A stretch of 64,000 nt of DNA. Source: Gammaproteobacteria bacterium. Lineage in GTDB: Bacteria; Pseudomonadota; Gammaproteobacteria; Steroidobacterales; Steroidobacteraceae. Of this stretch, positions 52,864-61,859 are shown piece after piece. Under the pieces are notes generated by a model. It did no database searches. It saw only the letters and a list, made by a program, of their open reading frames with translations, and was not told the DNA's origin. The stretch spans positions 11,980-75,979 of the forward strand of contig JADJHU010000018.1 of the NCBI GenBank assembly GCA_016707425.1, written 5' to 3'. The position numbers were made by a program, and so were the translations under genes. The stretch's first letter is position 1. Every line of letters starts with the position of its first letter.

Positions 52864-55227
52864 ATGAGATTCGATCGAAGCATGTTCGTTGCCTTGAGTC
52901 TGCTTGCGGGGCTCGCGGTTTCGGCAGTCCGGGCGCAGGGAGTGGCATCGACGGCGGGCGGCGTCGTGCTGCCGAAGACACCGCCGCCTTTCACCGGTAC
53001 GATCGGGCGCACCTACGCCGAGTCGAAACCCGCCGCACTTCAGCCGGTGCGCGCCCCCGAAGGCGCGCCCAACGTGCTGCTGGTCATGACAGACGATGTA
53101 GGCTTCGCCGCATCGTCCACTTTCGGCGGGCCGATTCCCACGCCGAATCTCGACCGGCTTGCGGCGAGCGGCCTCAAGTACAACCGCTTCCACACGACAG
53201 CCATGTGTTCACCGACACGTGCGGCACTCCTCACGGGGCGCAACCACCACGCGGTGGGCAGCGGCATCGTCACCGATCTGGCGGCGGGCTATCCGGGCTA
53301 TTCGGGCGTCATGCCCAAGAGCGCTGCGACGGTGGCGGAGGTGCTGAAGCAGAGCGGCTACAACACCGCGATGTTCGGCAAGCACCATAACGTGCAGGCA
53401 GGCGCATCGTCCGCGGCAGGACCCTTCGACCAGTGGCCGACGGGCCTGGGCTTCGAGTACTTCTACGGCTTCGTGGCCGCCGAGGCGAACCAGTTCAGTC
53501 CGGCGCTCTACCGCGGGACCTCGCGCGTGGCGGCACCCAAGGGTGTCATGCTCGACCAGGCACTGATCGATGACGCCATCCGCTGGGTGCACAACCAGCA
53601 GGCCGGTGACCCGGACAAGCCCTTCTTCATCTACCTTGCGCCGGGAACGGCGCATGCGCCGCATCAGGCACCCAGGGAGTGGATCGCGAAGTTCAAGGGT
53701 CGCTTCGACCAGGGCTGGGATGAGCTGCGTGATGAGATTCTCGCTCGCCAGAAGGCACTCGGTGTGGTGCCGCAGGACGCACAGCTCACGCCGCGACCGC
53801 CGGGGATTCCTGCGTGGGAGGCCGTCTCGCCGGGCCTGAAACGCACGACCGCCCGCATGATGGAAGTCTACTCAGGGATGCTCGCGCACCAGGACTATCA
53901 GTTCGGGCGGCTCGTGGACGAACTCACACGCATGGGCAAGCTCGACAATACCCTGGTGATTTTCATCGAAGGTGACAACGGGGCCTCGGCCGAGGGTGAG
54001 GTTTTCGGTCACACGAATCCGATGGGCAATTTCGCGAATGGGGCGGCGGAGACCGAGGCCGAGCAGCTCGCCATGCTCGACGAGCTCGGCGGCCCGAACA
54101 CCACCGAGAACTATGCGGCGGGCTGGGCGTGGGCGCTGGATACGCCGCTCAAGTGGACAAAGCAGATTGCCTCGCACCTGGGTGGCGTGCGCAATGGCAT
54201 GGTGCTCTCCTGGCCGGCACGCATTGCCTCGCGAGGGCTTCGCACCCAGTTTCATCACGTGATCGATGTGGCACCCACCATCCTCGAGGCCGCCGGCGTG
54301 CCGCAGCCGACGAGCGTCAATGGCGTACCGCAGCAGCGCGTGGATGGCATCAGCATGGTTTACAGCTTCGCGTCCGCCGATGTCCCGGGGCGCCGCCGGA
54401 CGCAGTACTTCGAGATGATGGGCAACCGCGCCATCTATCATGACGGCTGGATGGCTTCCAGCACCCCGACGCGCGTCACCTGGATGCGTCAGCGGCTCGC
54501 GAACAAGGCGACGCCTGAGGACTACGACTGGGAGCTCTACGATCTCGAACACGATTTCTCTCAGGCCGATGATCTCGCATCCCGGAATCCGGGGAAGCTC
54601 GCCGAGCTGCAGGCGCTGTTTGACCGTGAGGCGCAGCGTAACCACGTCTATCCGCTCGACGACCGGCTCGATCTGACGCGCTTCGCGGCTGCGGTGGCGC
54701 TCGGGGCGAAGCCGCGTCCGAGCTATGTCTACTGGGGCAAGGACGTCACCGTTCCGGCCGAACTCGCGCCGAACTTCCGGGGCTCCTTCACACTCACTGC
54801 GGAACTCGACACCACTGCGGGCGACAGCGGGGTGCTCGCGGCGCTCGGCGGGAAGTTCGCGGGCTGGAGTTTCTATCTGAAGGAGGGGAAGCCGGTGGTG
54901 CTCATGGCCGGCGCGCATCGGCCAGACCGGGTCTTCCGCGTGGAGGCAGGTGAGCGCGTGCCACGGGCACCGACGACCGTGCGCTACGACTTTGCCTCGG
55001 AAGGCGTCGGGCGGGGCGGCCTCATGCGCATCAGCATCGACGGGCGCGAAGTGGGACAGGGGCGGATCGAGCGCACCATCGTGCGGACTGTCGAGATGAC
55101 CGATACCTTCGACGTCGGCTTCGATGGCGATACGCAGGTCACCGACGAGTATGCAGGCGACGGGCGCTTCGGCGGTGAAATCCGCAAACTGACCGTCGAG
55201 CAACGGCCGCTCATGACTGGAGGGTGA
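52864..55227 (+). CDS. Arylsulfatase (Cys-type, periplasmic), copy B
   Basis: Start trimmed to MRFDRSMFVALSLLAGLAVSAVRAQG. MTDDVGFAASS and HTTAMCSPTRAALLTGRN. Confidence 0.9.
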   Translation: MRFDRSMFVALSLLAGLAVSAVRAQGVASTAGGVVLPKTPPPFTGTIGRTYAESKPAALQPVRAPEGAPNVLLVMTDDVGFAASSTFGGPIPTPNLDRLAASGLKYNRFHTTAMCSPTRAALLTGRNHHAVGSGIVTDLAAGYPGYSGVMPKSAATVAEVLKQSGYNTAMFGKHHNVQAGASSAAGPFDQWPTGLGFEYFYGFVAAEANQFSPALYRGTSRVAAPKGVMLDQALIDDAIRWVHNQQAGDPDKPFFIYLAPGTAHAPHQAPREWIAKFKGRFDQGWDELRDEILARQKALGVVPQDAQLTPRPPGIPAWEAVSPGLKRTTARMMEVYSGMLAHQDYQFGRLVDELTRMGKLDNTLVIFIEGDNGASAEGEVFGHTNPMGNFANGAAETEAEQLAMLDELGGPNTTENYAAGWAWALDTPLKWTKQIASHLGGVRNGMVLSWPARIASRGLRTQFHHVIDVAPTILEAAGVPQPTSVNGVPQQRVDGISMVYSFASADVPGRRRTQYFEMMGNRAIYHDGWMASSTPTRVTWMRQRLANKATPEDYDWELYDLEHDFSQADDLASRNPGKLAELQALFDREAQRNHVYPLDDRLDLTRFAAAVALGAKPRPSYVYWGKDVTVPAELAPNFRGSFTLTAELDTTAGDSGVLAALGGKFAGWSFYLKEGKPVVLMAGAHRPDRVFRVEAGERVPRAPTTVRYDFASEGVGRGGLMRISIDGREVGQGRIERTIVRTVEMTDTFDVGFDGDTQVTDEYAGDGRFGGEIRKLTVEQRPLMTGG

Positions 55228-55229
55228 GG

Positions 55230-57557
55230 ATGCCGTCGATGGTCCGCCTCGCGCGGGATACCGCGCTCGTTTTGACTGCGCTCATGTCTATGCCGGCAGC
55301 CTTCGGCCAGACGGCCGCAAGCTCTGCAGTGCGGGTCGCAGCGCCCGCGCCACCGTTGCAGGTGCAGGCACCAAAGGGCGCGCCGAACGTGGTCGTCGTA
55401 CTCCTGGACGACGTGGGTTTCGCGGCGTCCTCGACTTTCGGTGGCCCTGCTGAAACGCCTGTGCTCGATGCCCTCGCCCGCGAGGGTCTGCGCTACAACC
55501 GCTTCCACACTACCGGCATCTGCTCGCCGACGCGCGCAGCGCTCCTCTCCGGGCGCAACGCGCACGCCGTCGGGATCGGCGCCGTGATGAACTCTGCCGA
55601 TGAGCGGCCTGGCTATCAGGGCGTGCACGCGCGCGATGCGGCCACGATGGCCGAGATCCTGCGGGATAACGGCTACAACACGGCGGCCTTCGGCAAGTGG
55701 CACCAGACGCCCGATTGGGAGATCTCGCAATCGGGTCCCTTCGATCGCTGGCCCACCGGGCAGGGTTTCGAGAAGTTCTACGGTTTCCTCGGGGGCGAAA
55801 CGGATCAATTCGAACCCACCCTCATCGAGGGCACGACGCCCGTGATGCGCCCGGCCGGCAAGGGCTACCACCTGACCGAGGATCTTGCCAACCGCGCGAT
55901 AGCATGGATGCGCGTCCAGCACTCGGTGACGCCTGAGAAGCCTTTCTTCCTCTACTTCGCTCCGGGCGCAACGCATGCGCCGCTCCAGGCTCCGGGCGAG
56001 TGGATCGAGAAGTACCGCGGACGTTTCGAACAGGGCTGGGACCGCCTGCGCGAGGAGATCCTGGCGCGACAGAAAGAGCTTGGCGTGGTGCCGAAGGGCA
56101 CAGTGCTCACGCCCCGGCCCGAGGGGCTGCCGGCCTGGGAGGCACTCGGCGCGGATGACAAGAAGATCGCCTCGCGCCTGATGGAAGTCTACGCGGGCTT
56201 TCTCGCCCACACCGATGCGCAGGTCGGGCGCATCGTGCAGGCGCTCAAAGAAGCTGGTGAGTTCGACAACACGCTCTTTGTCTACATCGTGGGCGACAAT
56301 GGCGGCTCGGCCGAAGGTGGCATGCTCGGCAGCCTGAACTACATGGGCGCCATCCAGGGGCTGCAGGAGGATCGGGCGCAGATGCTCGGCCGCCTCGAGA
56401 GCTTCGGGGGTCCCGCGACCTATCCACATTACCCGGCAGCCTGGGCCTGGGCGATGGATACGCCCTTTCAGTGGACCAAGAGCGTCGCGTCACACCTCGG
56501 CGGCACGCGCAATCCGATGGTGATCACCTGGCCGAAGCGCATCCACGATCACGGCGGGCTGCGCAGCCAGTTCGGACACGTGAACGACATCCTGCCGACC
56601 GTGCTGGAAGCTGCCGGCCTCGACGCACCCGCCGTGTTCCAGGGCATCCGCCAGAAGCCGCTCGATGGCACGAGTCTCGTCTACAGCTTCGCCGATGCGA
56701 AGGCGCCCGAGCGCCACACCACTCAGTACTTCGAGATCTTCGGGCATCGGGCGATCTATCACGAGGGCTGGATGGCCTCGGCGTTTCACGCGCGGCTTCC
56801 GTGGCAGGTCATCTCGATGAGCCAGAAGCCTTTCGAGTCCGACCGCTGGGAGCTCTACGATCTCAGGCGCGACTTCTCCCAGGCGCACGATCTCGCCGCG
56901 AAGGAGCCCGAGCGTCTCGAAGCTCTGCAGGCGCTCTTTATGCAGGAGGCCGAACGCAATCAGGTCCTGCCCTTGAAGGGCCAGGTGCTGAATGCGAAGC
57001 TCCCGAGTCTCACGGGCGGGCGTACGGAGTTCACCTACTATTCCGGCGCGGTGGGCATCCCGGAGAAGGGCGCACCGCCGATCTTCAATCGCTCGTGGAG
57101 CGTGTCGGCGACGATCGAGGTGCCCGGCTCCGAGGCGCGAGGTGTGATCGCTGCCATGGGCGGAGCGCCTGCGGGCTGGTCGCTCTATCTCGACTCTGAA
57201 GGTAAGCCCGCCTTCCACTATCGCGCCTTCGAGGCCGGTTCGATCGAGCTCGCGGGCGGGAAGCCCCTCGGGGCCGGCCGGCACGTCGTGCAGGTGGACT
57301 TCGATTACGACGGCGGGGGCTTCGGCAAGGGCGGCACCGCGCGCCTCACGCTCGACGGTGAGCCGCAGGGCGAGGGGCGGGTGGCCACCACGCCGCCGGC
57401 CTACTTCTCCATCAACGAGACCTTCGACATCGGCCTCGACACCGGCTCTGCCGCAGGGCGCTATCCGTCGGATGCGGCGCCCGGCTATCCCTTCAGTGGC
57501 GGGCGCATCGAACGCGTGGACGTGCGCCTGCGCGCGGCCACGGTGGGGCGGCTGTGA
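55230..57557 (+). CDS. Arylsulfatase (Cys-type, periplasmic), copy C
   Basis: MPSMVRLARDTALVLTALMSMPAAFGQ. LLDDVGFAASS and HTTGICSPTRAALLSGRN. It starts 2 nt after the copy B stop. Closest paralogue of copy A. Confidence 0.9.
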   Translation: MPSMVRLARDTALVLTALMSMPAAFGQTAASSAVRVAAPAPPLQVQAPKGAPNVVVVLLDDVGFAASSTFGGPAETPVLDALAREGLRYNRFHTTGICSPTRAALLSGRNAHAVGIGAVMNSADERPGYQGVHARDAATMAEILRDNGYNTAAFGKWHQTPDWEISQSGPFDRWPTGQGFEKFYGFLGGETDQFEPTLIEGTTPVMRPAGKGYHLTEDLANRAIAWMRVQHSVTPEKPFFLYFAPGATHAPLQAPGEWIEKYRGRFEQGWDRLREEILARQKELGVVPKGTVLTPRPEGLPAWEALGADDKKIASRLMEVYAGFLAHTDAQVGRIVQALKEAGEFDNTLFVYIVGDNGGSAEGGMLGSLNYMGAIQGLQEDRAQMLGRLESFGGPATYPHYPAAWAWAMDTPFQWTKSVASHLGGTRNPMVITWPKRIHDHGGLRSQFGHVNDILPTVLEAAGLDAPAVFQGIRQKPLDGTSLVYSFADAKAPERHTTQYFEIFGHRAIYHEGWMASAFHARLPWQVISMSQKPFESDRWELYDLRRDFSQAHDLAAKEPERLEALQALFMQEAERNQVLPLKGQVLNAKLPSLTGGRTEFTYYSGAVGIPEKGAPPIFNRSWSVSATIEVPGSEARGVIAAMGGAPAGWSLYLDSEGKPAFHYRAFEAGSIELAGGKPLGAGRHVVQVDFDYDGGGFGKGGTARLTLDGEPQGEGRVATTPPAYFSINETFDIGLDTGSAAGRYPSDAAPGYPFSGGRIERVDVRLRAATVGRL

Positions 57558-57647
57558 GCCACGCGTGTCCCGCCAAGCCGTACGCAGGCGGGCGGCTGAG
57601 ACCACCGCCATCTGGCGTGACCTGCAGTTCGACCCGGCGCTGAGGCA

Positions 57648-58580
57648 GTGCCGGACATGCGCCGCGGACTGCGGGCTTTCTTCCGCGAGCCGACCGTGCA
57701 GTTCCTGCTGCTCGGGGCGCTGCTCTATGGCGCGAGCCTGCTGCATGCGCGGCTGAACGATCCGCGGCGGATCGTGATCGGCGCGGCGGATGTCGCGCGC
57801 CTCGGGCAGCTATACGCGCAACAGTTCGGTGTGGCGCCTTCGCCCTCCCAGCTCGAGTGGCTGATCGAGCGCCATGTTCGCGACGAGGTGCTCTACCGCG
57901 AGGGCCTCGCGCTCGGGCTCGGCGAGGCCGACGAGGTGGTGCGGCGGCGCATCGTGCAGAAGATGGAGTTCCTGAGCGATGACGAAAGTCCGGTCGCCGC
58001 ACCGACCGCCGCGGAGCTGCGCGCCTTCTATGCCGCGCATGCCGAGCGCTATCGCAGCCCGGCGCGCGTGAGCTTCACGCAGCGCTACTTCTCGCCCGAT
58101 CCTGGCGGTGAGGCTGCGGCCCGTGAGCGCGCTGCGCGCGCACTCGCACTGCTGGCGGCGCAAGGCGGCAGTGGCGCGGCGACGGCCGGCGACCCCTTCT
58201 GGGACCGCGAGTATCTCGAGCGCGCAGATCTCCTCGAGATCGAACGGGTCTTCGGGCGGGGCGAGCTTTCCACCCGCGTCTTCGAGCTTCCCGAGGGCCG
58301 CTGGTCCGGGCCGCTGCGCTCGGGTTTCGGCTGGCATCTCGTGCGCATCGAGGCTCGCGAGGCACCGCGGCTCGCTTCCTTCGCCGAGATGGAATCCGCG
58401 CTGCGTTCGGACTGGCAGGACGAGCAGCGCGCGCAGCGCAAGCGTGCGGGGCTCGAGCGTCGGATGCAGGGCTATCGGATCGTGCGCGAGTACGCAACCC
58501 GGGACGCAGGTGCTGCGCAGGGTGCGAGTACCGCGAGGGCCGGTGGGGCGACCCCCGTCCTCGAGAGCACCGGCCAGTGA
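57648..58580 (+). CDS. Membrane-anchored parvulin-type peptidyl-prolyl isomerase-like protein
   Basis: 310 aa. N-terminal TM (VQFLLLGALLYGASLL). The C-terminal rotamase-like block is GRWSGPLRSGFGWHLVRI. Confidence 0.65.
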   Translation: MPDMRRGLRAFFREPTVQFLLLGALLYGASLLHARLNDPRRIVIGAADVARLGQLYAQQFGVAPSPSQLEWLIERHVRDEVLYREGLALGLGEADEVVRRRIVQKMEFLSDDESPVAAPTAAELRAFYAAHAERYRSPARVSFTQRYFSPDPGGEAAARERAARALALLAAQGGSGAATAGDPFWDREYLERADLLEIERVFGRGELSTRVFELPEGRWSGPLRSGFGWHLVRIEAREAPRLASFAEMESALRSDWQDEQRAQRKRAGLERRMQGYRIVREYATRDAGAAQGASTARAGGATPVLESTGQ

Positions 58581-59608
58581 GCGGGCGTGTACGGCTCTTG
58601 CGCTCGCTCGCACTCACGCTAATCCTGTGGACTGCGGCCGCGGCCGTACCGGCGCACGAGGTGCGCCCAGCGCTCTTCGAGATCCGTCGCAGCACGAACT
58701 CGCAGTGCGAGATTCTCTGGAAGCAGCCAGTCGCGGGCGAGCTGGCTGTGCGACTGGTGCCGCGGCTTTCGGCAGGCTGGCTCGATGCCCCACCTGCAAG
58801 CGAGTCGCGCGCACCCGGGCATCGGGCCCTGCGCTGGTTGCGGGCAGATTGCCCGCTCGAACCCCTCGAGGCGCAGTCGCTTGCAGTCGAGGGCCTCGAT
58901 GCGACGCTCACCGACGTGCTGGTGCGCGTGGACTTCGGCGACGGACGGAGGCTCCAGCACATCCTCCGTCCGGGAGATGCGCCGCTGGCGCTCGCAGGCA
59001 CCAGCGTCGCGCGCACGGCGGGCGCCACGCCCGGGAGTGGGGCTTATTTCCGCCTCGGCGTGGTACACATCCTCGAGGGCGTCGATCATCTGGCTTTCGT
59101 GCTCGCGCTCGTGCTGCTCGTCGGGCTGCGCGCGCGGCTGGTCACGGCCGTAACCGGCTTTACCGTGGCACACAGTTTTACGCTCGGGGCCACCGCACTC
59201 GGGTTGCTTCGGCCCTGGCCGGCTTTCATCGAAATGCTGGTCGCGCTCAGTATCCTGTTCGTGGCCGCCGAGGCGCTGCGTGCCCGAGGCGCCGCGCCGG
59301 GCACGCTTACCCAGCGCTGGCCCGAGCTCGCTGCCCTCGGCTTTGGCCTCCTGCACGGCTTTGCCTTTGCGGGTGCGCTGAGCGAAATCGGGCTGCCACG
59401 AGACGAAACACTGCTGGCGATCCTGCTCTTCAACCTCGGAGTGGAGGCCGGACAGCTCGTCTTCATTGCCGCGGTGCTCGCCGTGAGCCTGGCCGTGCTG
59501 CGCGTGAATTTCCGCCTGCCGCCACGGATGGCCGAGCTCCCCGCGTATGTGATCGGCGCCTGCGCGGGTTTCTGGACGATCGAGCGAGCACTCGTCGTGT
59601 TTGCGTGA
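58577..59608 (+). CDS. HupE/UreJ family membrane protein with an extra N-terminal periplasmic domain
   Basis: GTGA overlap with the upstream gene. Signal peptide. The C-terminal half contains GVVHILEGVDHLAFVLALVLL, TVAHSFTL and GLLHGFAFAG, typical of HupE/UreJ-2. Confidence 0.75.
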   Translation: MSGRVRLLRSLALTLILWTAAAAVPAHEVRPALFEIRRSTNSQCEILWKQPVAGELAVRLVPRLSAGWLDAPPASESRAPGHRALRWLRADCPLEPLEAQSLAVEGLDATLTDVLVRVDFGDGRRLQHILRPGDAPLALAGTSVARTAGATPGSGAYFRLGVVHILEGVDHLAFVLALVLLVGLRARLVTAVTGFTVAHSFTLGATALGLLRPWPAFIEMLVALSILFVAAEALRARGAAPGTLTQRWPELAALGFGLLHGFAFAGALSEIGLPRDETLLAILLFNLGVEAGQLVFIAAVLAVSLAVLRVNFRLPPRMAELPAYVIGACAGFWTIERALVVFA

Positions 59609-59650
59609 GGTCCTGTTGCCCGAGGCGGGCGCCCCTGCGACACTGAGCTT

Positions 59651-60145
59651 ATGTCCGATGCTTTCACAGCCCAGCTCGACAGCAGCTCGCTCACTGCCGT
59701 CCTCCATCACGCCGGCGGCGAGCTCGCGCGCCGGCACGAGGCGCTGTGGCAGGCGGTCTGGCGGCAGAAGCATGTGCCAGCGCCCGTGCTCGAGCTCTGC
59801 CGGCTGCGTCTCGCGCAGCTGCACGGCGCCGTGCACGAACTCGAGGCTCCACCACCCCGCGATGCCCGCGAGAGGCTCGATGCGGCGAAGAGCAGGAGCG
59901 TCATCACAGGTTCATGGGTCCGTGAGTCCTGCCTCTCGCCAGCCGAGCGCAGTGCACTCGAGTTTGCCGAGGTTTACGGCCAGGATCCGCAGGCCATCAC
60001 GGACGAGCTCGCCGCGGCGGTGAAGGAGCACTTCGGAGATGCGGGGCTCGTCGCCCTGATCGAGGCACTCGGGGTGATCGACGGGCGCATCCGGCTGGCG
60101 ATGATGCTCGGTGCGTTGCTGCCACGGGAGGAGAATCATGAGTGA
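59651..60145 (+). CDS. Carboxymuconolactone decarboxylase (AhpD-like) family protein
   Basis: 164 aa, all-helical pattern. LELCRLRLAQLHG and ALEFAEVY blocks. It lacks the second Cys of the CxxC motif. Confidence 0.65.
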   Translation: MSDAFTAQLDSSSLTAVLHHAGGELARRHEALWQAVWRQKHVPAPVLELCRLRLAQLHGAVHELEAPPPRDARERLDAAKSRSVITGSWVRESCLSPAERSALEFAEVYGQDPQAITDELAAAVKEHFGDAGLVALIEALGVIDGRIRLAMMLGALLPREENHE

Positions 60146-60653
60146 GGGACTGCGGGCGGGAACGCCCGGGCGCGCGACCGGGCACGTGATTCGTGACAGC
60201 AGCCTGGGGCTCGTCCCGGAGACGCTCCAACCGATCCTCGATCTGCAGGATGCCATCTGGCATCGGGCGAGCGTCGGCCCCGCGATCATGGAGATGCTGA
60301 GGCTGCGCAATGCGCGCACCGTGAACTGCGTCTTCTGCAAGAGCGTGCGCTACGACATCGCACGCGCTGACGGCCTCACCGAGGACAAGGTCGAGCAGAT
60401 CGATGACGGGTTCTCGCACAGCACACTCTCCGAGCGCGAGAAGCTCGTGCTCGCCTTCGCGGACCTCTACCTGCGCACACCTGATCGGGTCGATCCTGCG
60501 CTTGCCGCGCGGCTGCGCCGCGAATTCACGCCTGAGCAGATCGCACACATGGCGATCGGTCTTACCACCTGCCATGCGCTCTCGCGCTGCGCCGTGAGTC
60601 TCGGGGGAATGCCCGAAAGCCTGCCGGTAATGGAGATGCCGGTTCCGGCGTAA
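60138..60653 (+). CDS. Carboxymuconolactone decarboxylase (AhpD-like) family protein
   Basis: Start trimmed to MSEGLRAG. LRLRNARTVNCVFCKSV (CxxC) and EREKLVLAFADLY. 8-nt overlap with the upstream CMD gene. Confidence 0.75.
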   Translation: MSEGLRAGTPGRATGHVIRDSSLGLVPETLQPILDLQDAIWHRASVGPAIMEMLRLRNARTVNCVFCKSVRYDIARADGLTEDKVEQIDDGFSHSTLSEREKLVLAFADLYLRTPDRVDPALAARLRREFTPEQIAHMAIGLTTCHALSRCAVSLGGMPESLPVMEMPVPA

Positions 60654-60760
60654 GCCGCACCCAATCAGGGCAAAAATGTCCGGTCGCTGATGGAAGCGGT
60701 CCTGCTTGGCGACCTCGCTCCGAAGCTACCATCGGCTCTTCGCTAGCCAGGGCGAGGAGG

Positions 60761-61791
60761 ATGGTAATGACTCGATGGTCCAGGGCAGAACTCGAGGATG
60801 CACTGCGGCATCTTCTGAAGGTGACAGATTACTGTTTCGCCTCAGAACCGCGGGATCTCTCAGACTGGTATCAGTGCTACACGGACGATGTGGTCTGGCA
60901 CGACCTCGGCTCGGGTTCAACAACGGCTGGGATGACGAGATCCGTGGCCTGGGCGCCGTACGGGCCTGGATGGAGAGTCACAACGCCATCCACCCGCACG
61001 ATGCCATGAAATACTGGCCTGTGCCCTGGTTCGTCATCGACGAGGAGCACGGCTGGGCTGCATGTGAATGGCTCAATCGAATGCGCGATCCTGGGACTGG
61101 AGAGGTGTTCGAGGAGAAGTGCTACTCGTATTTCATCTATGGCGGCAATCGCCGCTGGCGTTACGAGCTGGACGTCTACAACCCGCTGCGCATGCGAACG
61201 ATGATGGCTCACTGGGTGCGAGCGCGCGAGAAGGCTGAAGCCGCTGGTATCCCGTTGCCTGCAATCGACATGGCGTGGGGCGCAAAGATCGTCCGACCCG
61301 AAGAAGAGGTGGCACGGCGCTGGTCGCGCGATGAGCTCGAGCACGCGTTCAACCACTACGTCGAGAGTTGCAAACGCTCATTTGCGACCGGCAAGCCCGA
61401 GGAGCACGCGCGTTGCTTCACCGAGGACGTGACCTACCGCGAGCTCGGCGCCGGGTTCCAGGCGGGCTGGCAGGAAGAAGTTCGTGGGCGGGTTGCGGTT
61501 CTCAGTTGGCTAGAAGGATTGGCGCGGATCGAATCGGATCGACACATCCAGCCGTATTCCGTCAGCTGGCACATCATCGATGCCGAGCGCGGGTGGGTGG
61601 TGTTCGAGTGCCTCAATGAGATGCACGACCCGGGAAGTGGCGAGATTCTCCAGGCACGAAGCCTGAGCCGCATGAAGTACGGCGGCGCGAATCAATGGCG
61701 ATTCAAGGAGGACATCTACGACCCGATGCGGAGGCGCGGCATGCTGGCTCGCTGGCGTGAAGCGCATCGTCAGAACGCCGGCCGGCGGTAG
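60761..61791 (+). pseudogene. Tandem double NTF2/SnoaL-like domain protein, -1 frameshift near 60913-60920
   Basis: The first 50 aa (MVMTRWSRAELEDALRHLLKVTDYCFASEPRDLSDWYQCYTDDVVWHDLGSG) are in the frame of track ORF 60761. The rest (FNNGWDDEIRGLGAVRAWME...) is in the frame of track ORF 60706. The second half repeats the pattern (RRWSRDELEHAFNHYVESC...YRELGAGFQAGWQEEVRG...). Confidence 0.65.
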
Positions 61792-61859
61792 CTCCGGCGT
61801 CGGGACAACGTGTTCGTTCGGGCGCGCTTGCGAAGCGCCCGCAATTACCTGAGGACTGT

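Noticed and set aside
57569-57592. CCCGCC-N12-GGCGGG hairpin after the sulfatase pair as a terminator
   Set aside because: The stem is short, the loop is large and there is no U-tract. It is too weak to call.
61820-61840. GGGCGC...GCGCCC hairpin between the double NTF2 gene and TBDR3
   Set aside because: The stem is imperfect (bulged) and has no U-tract. It could be an attenuator or nothing, so I did not call it.
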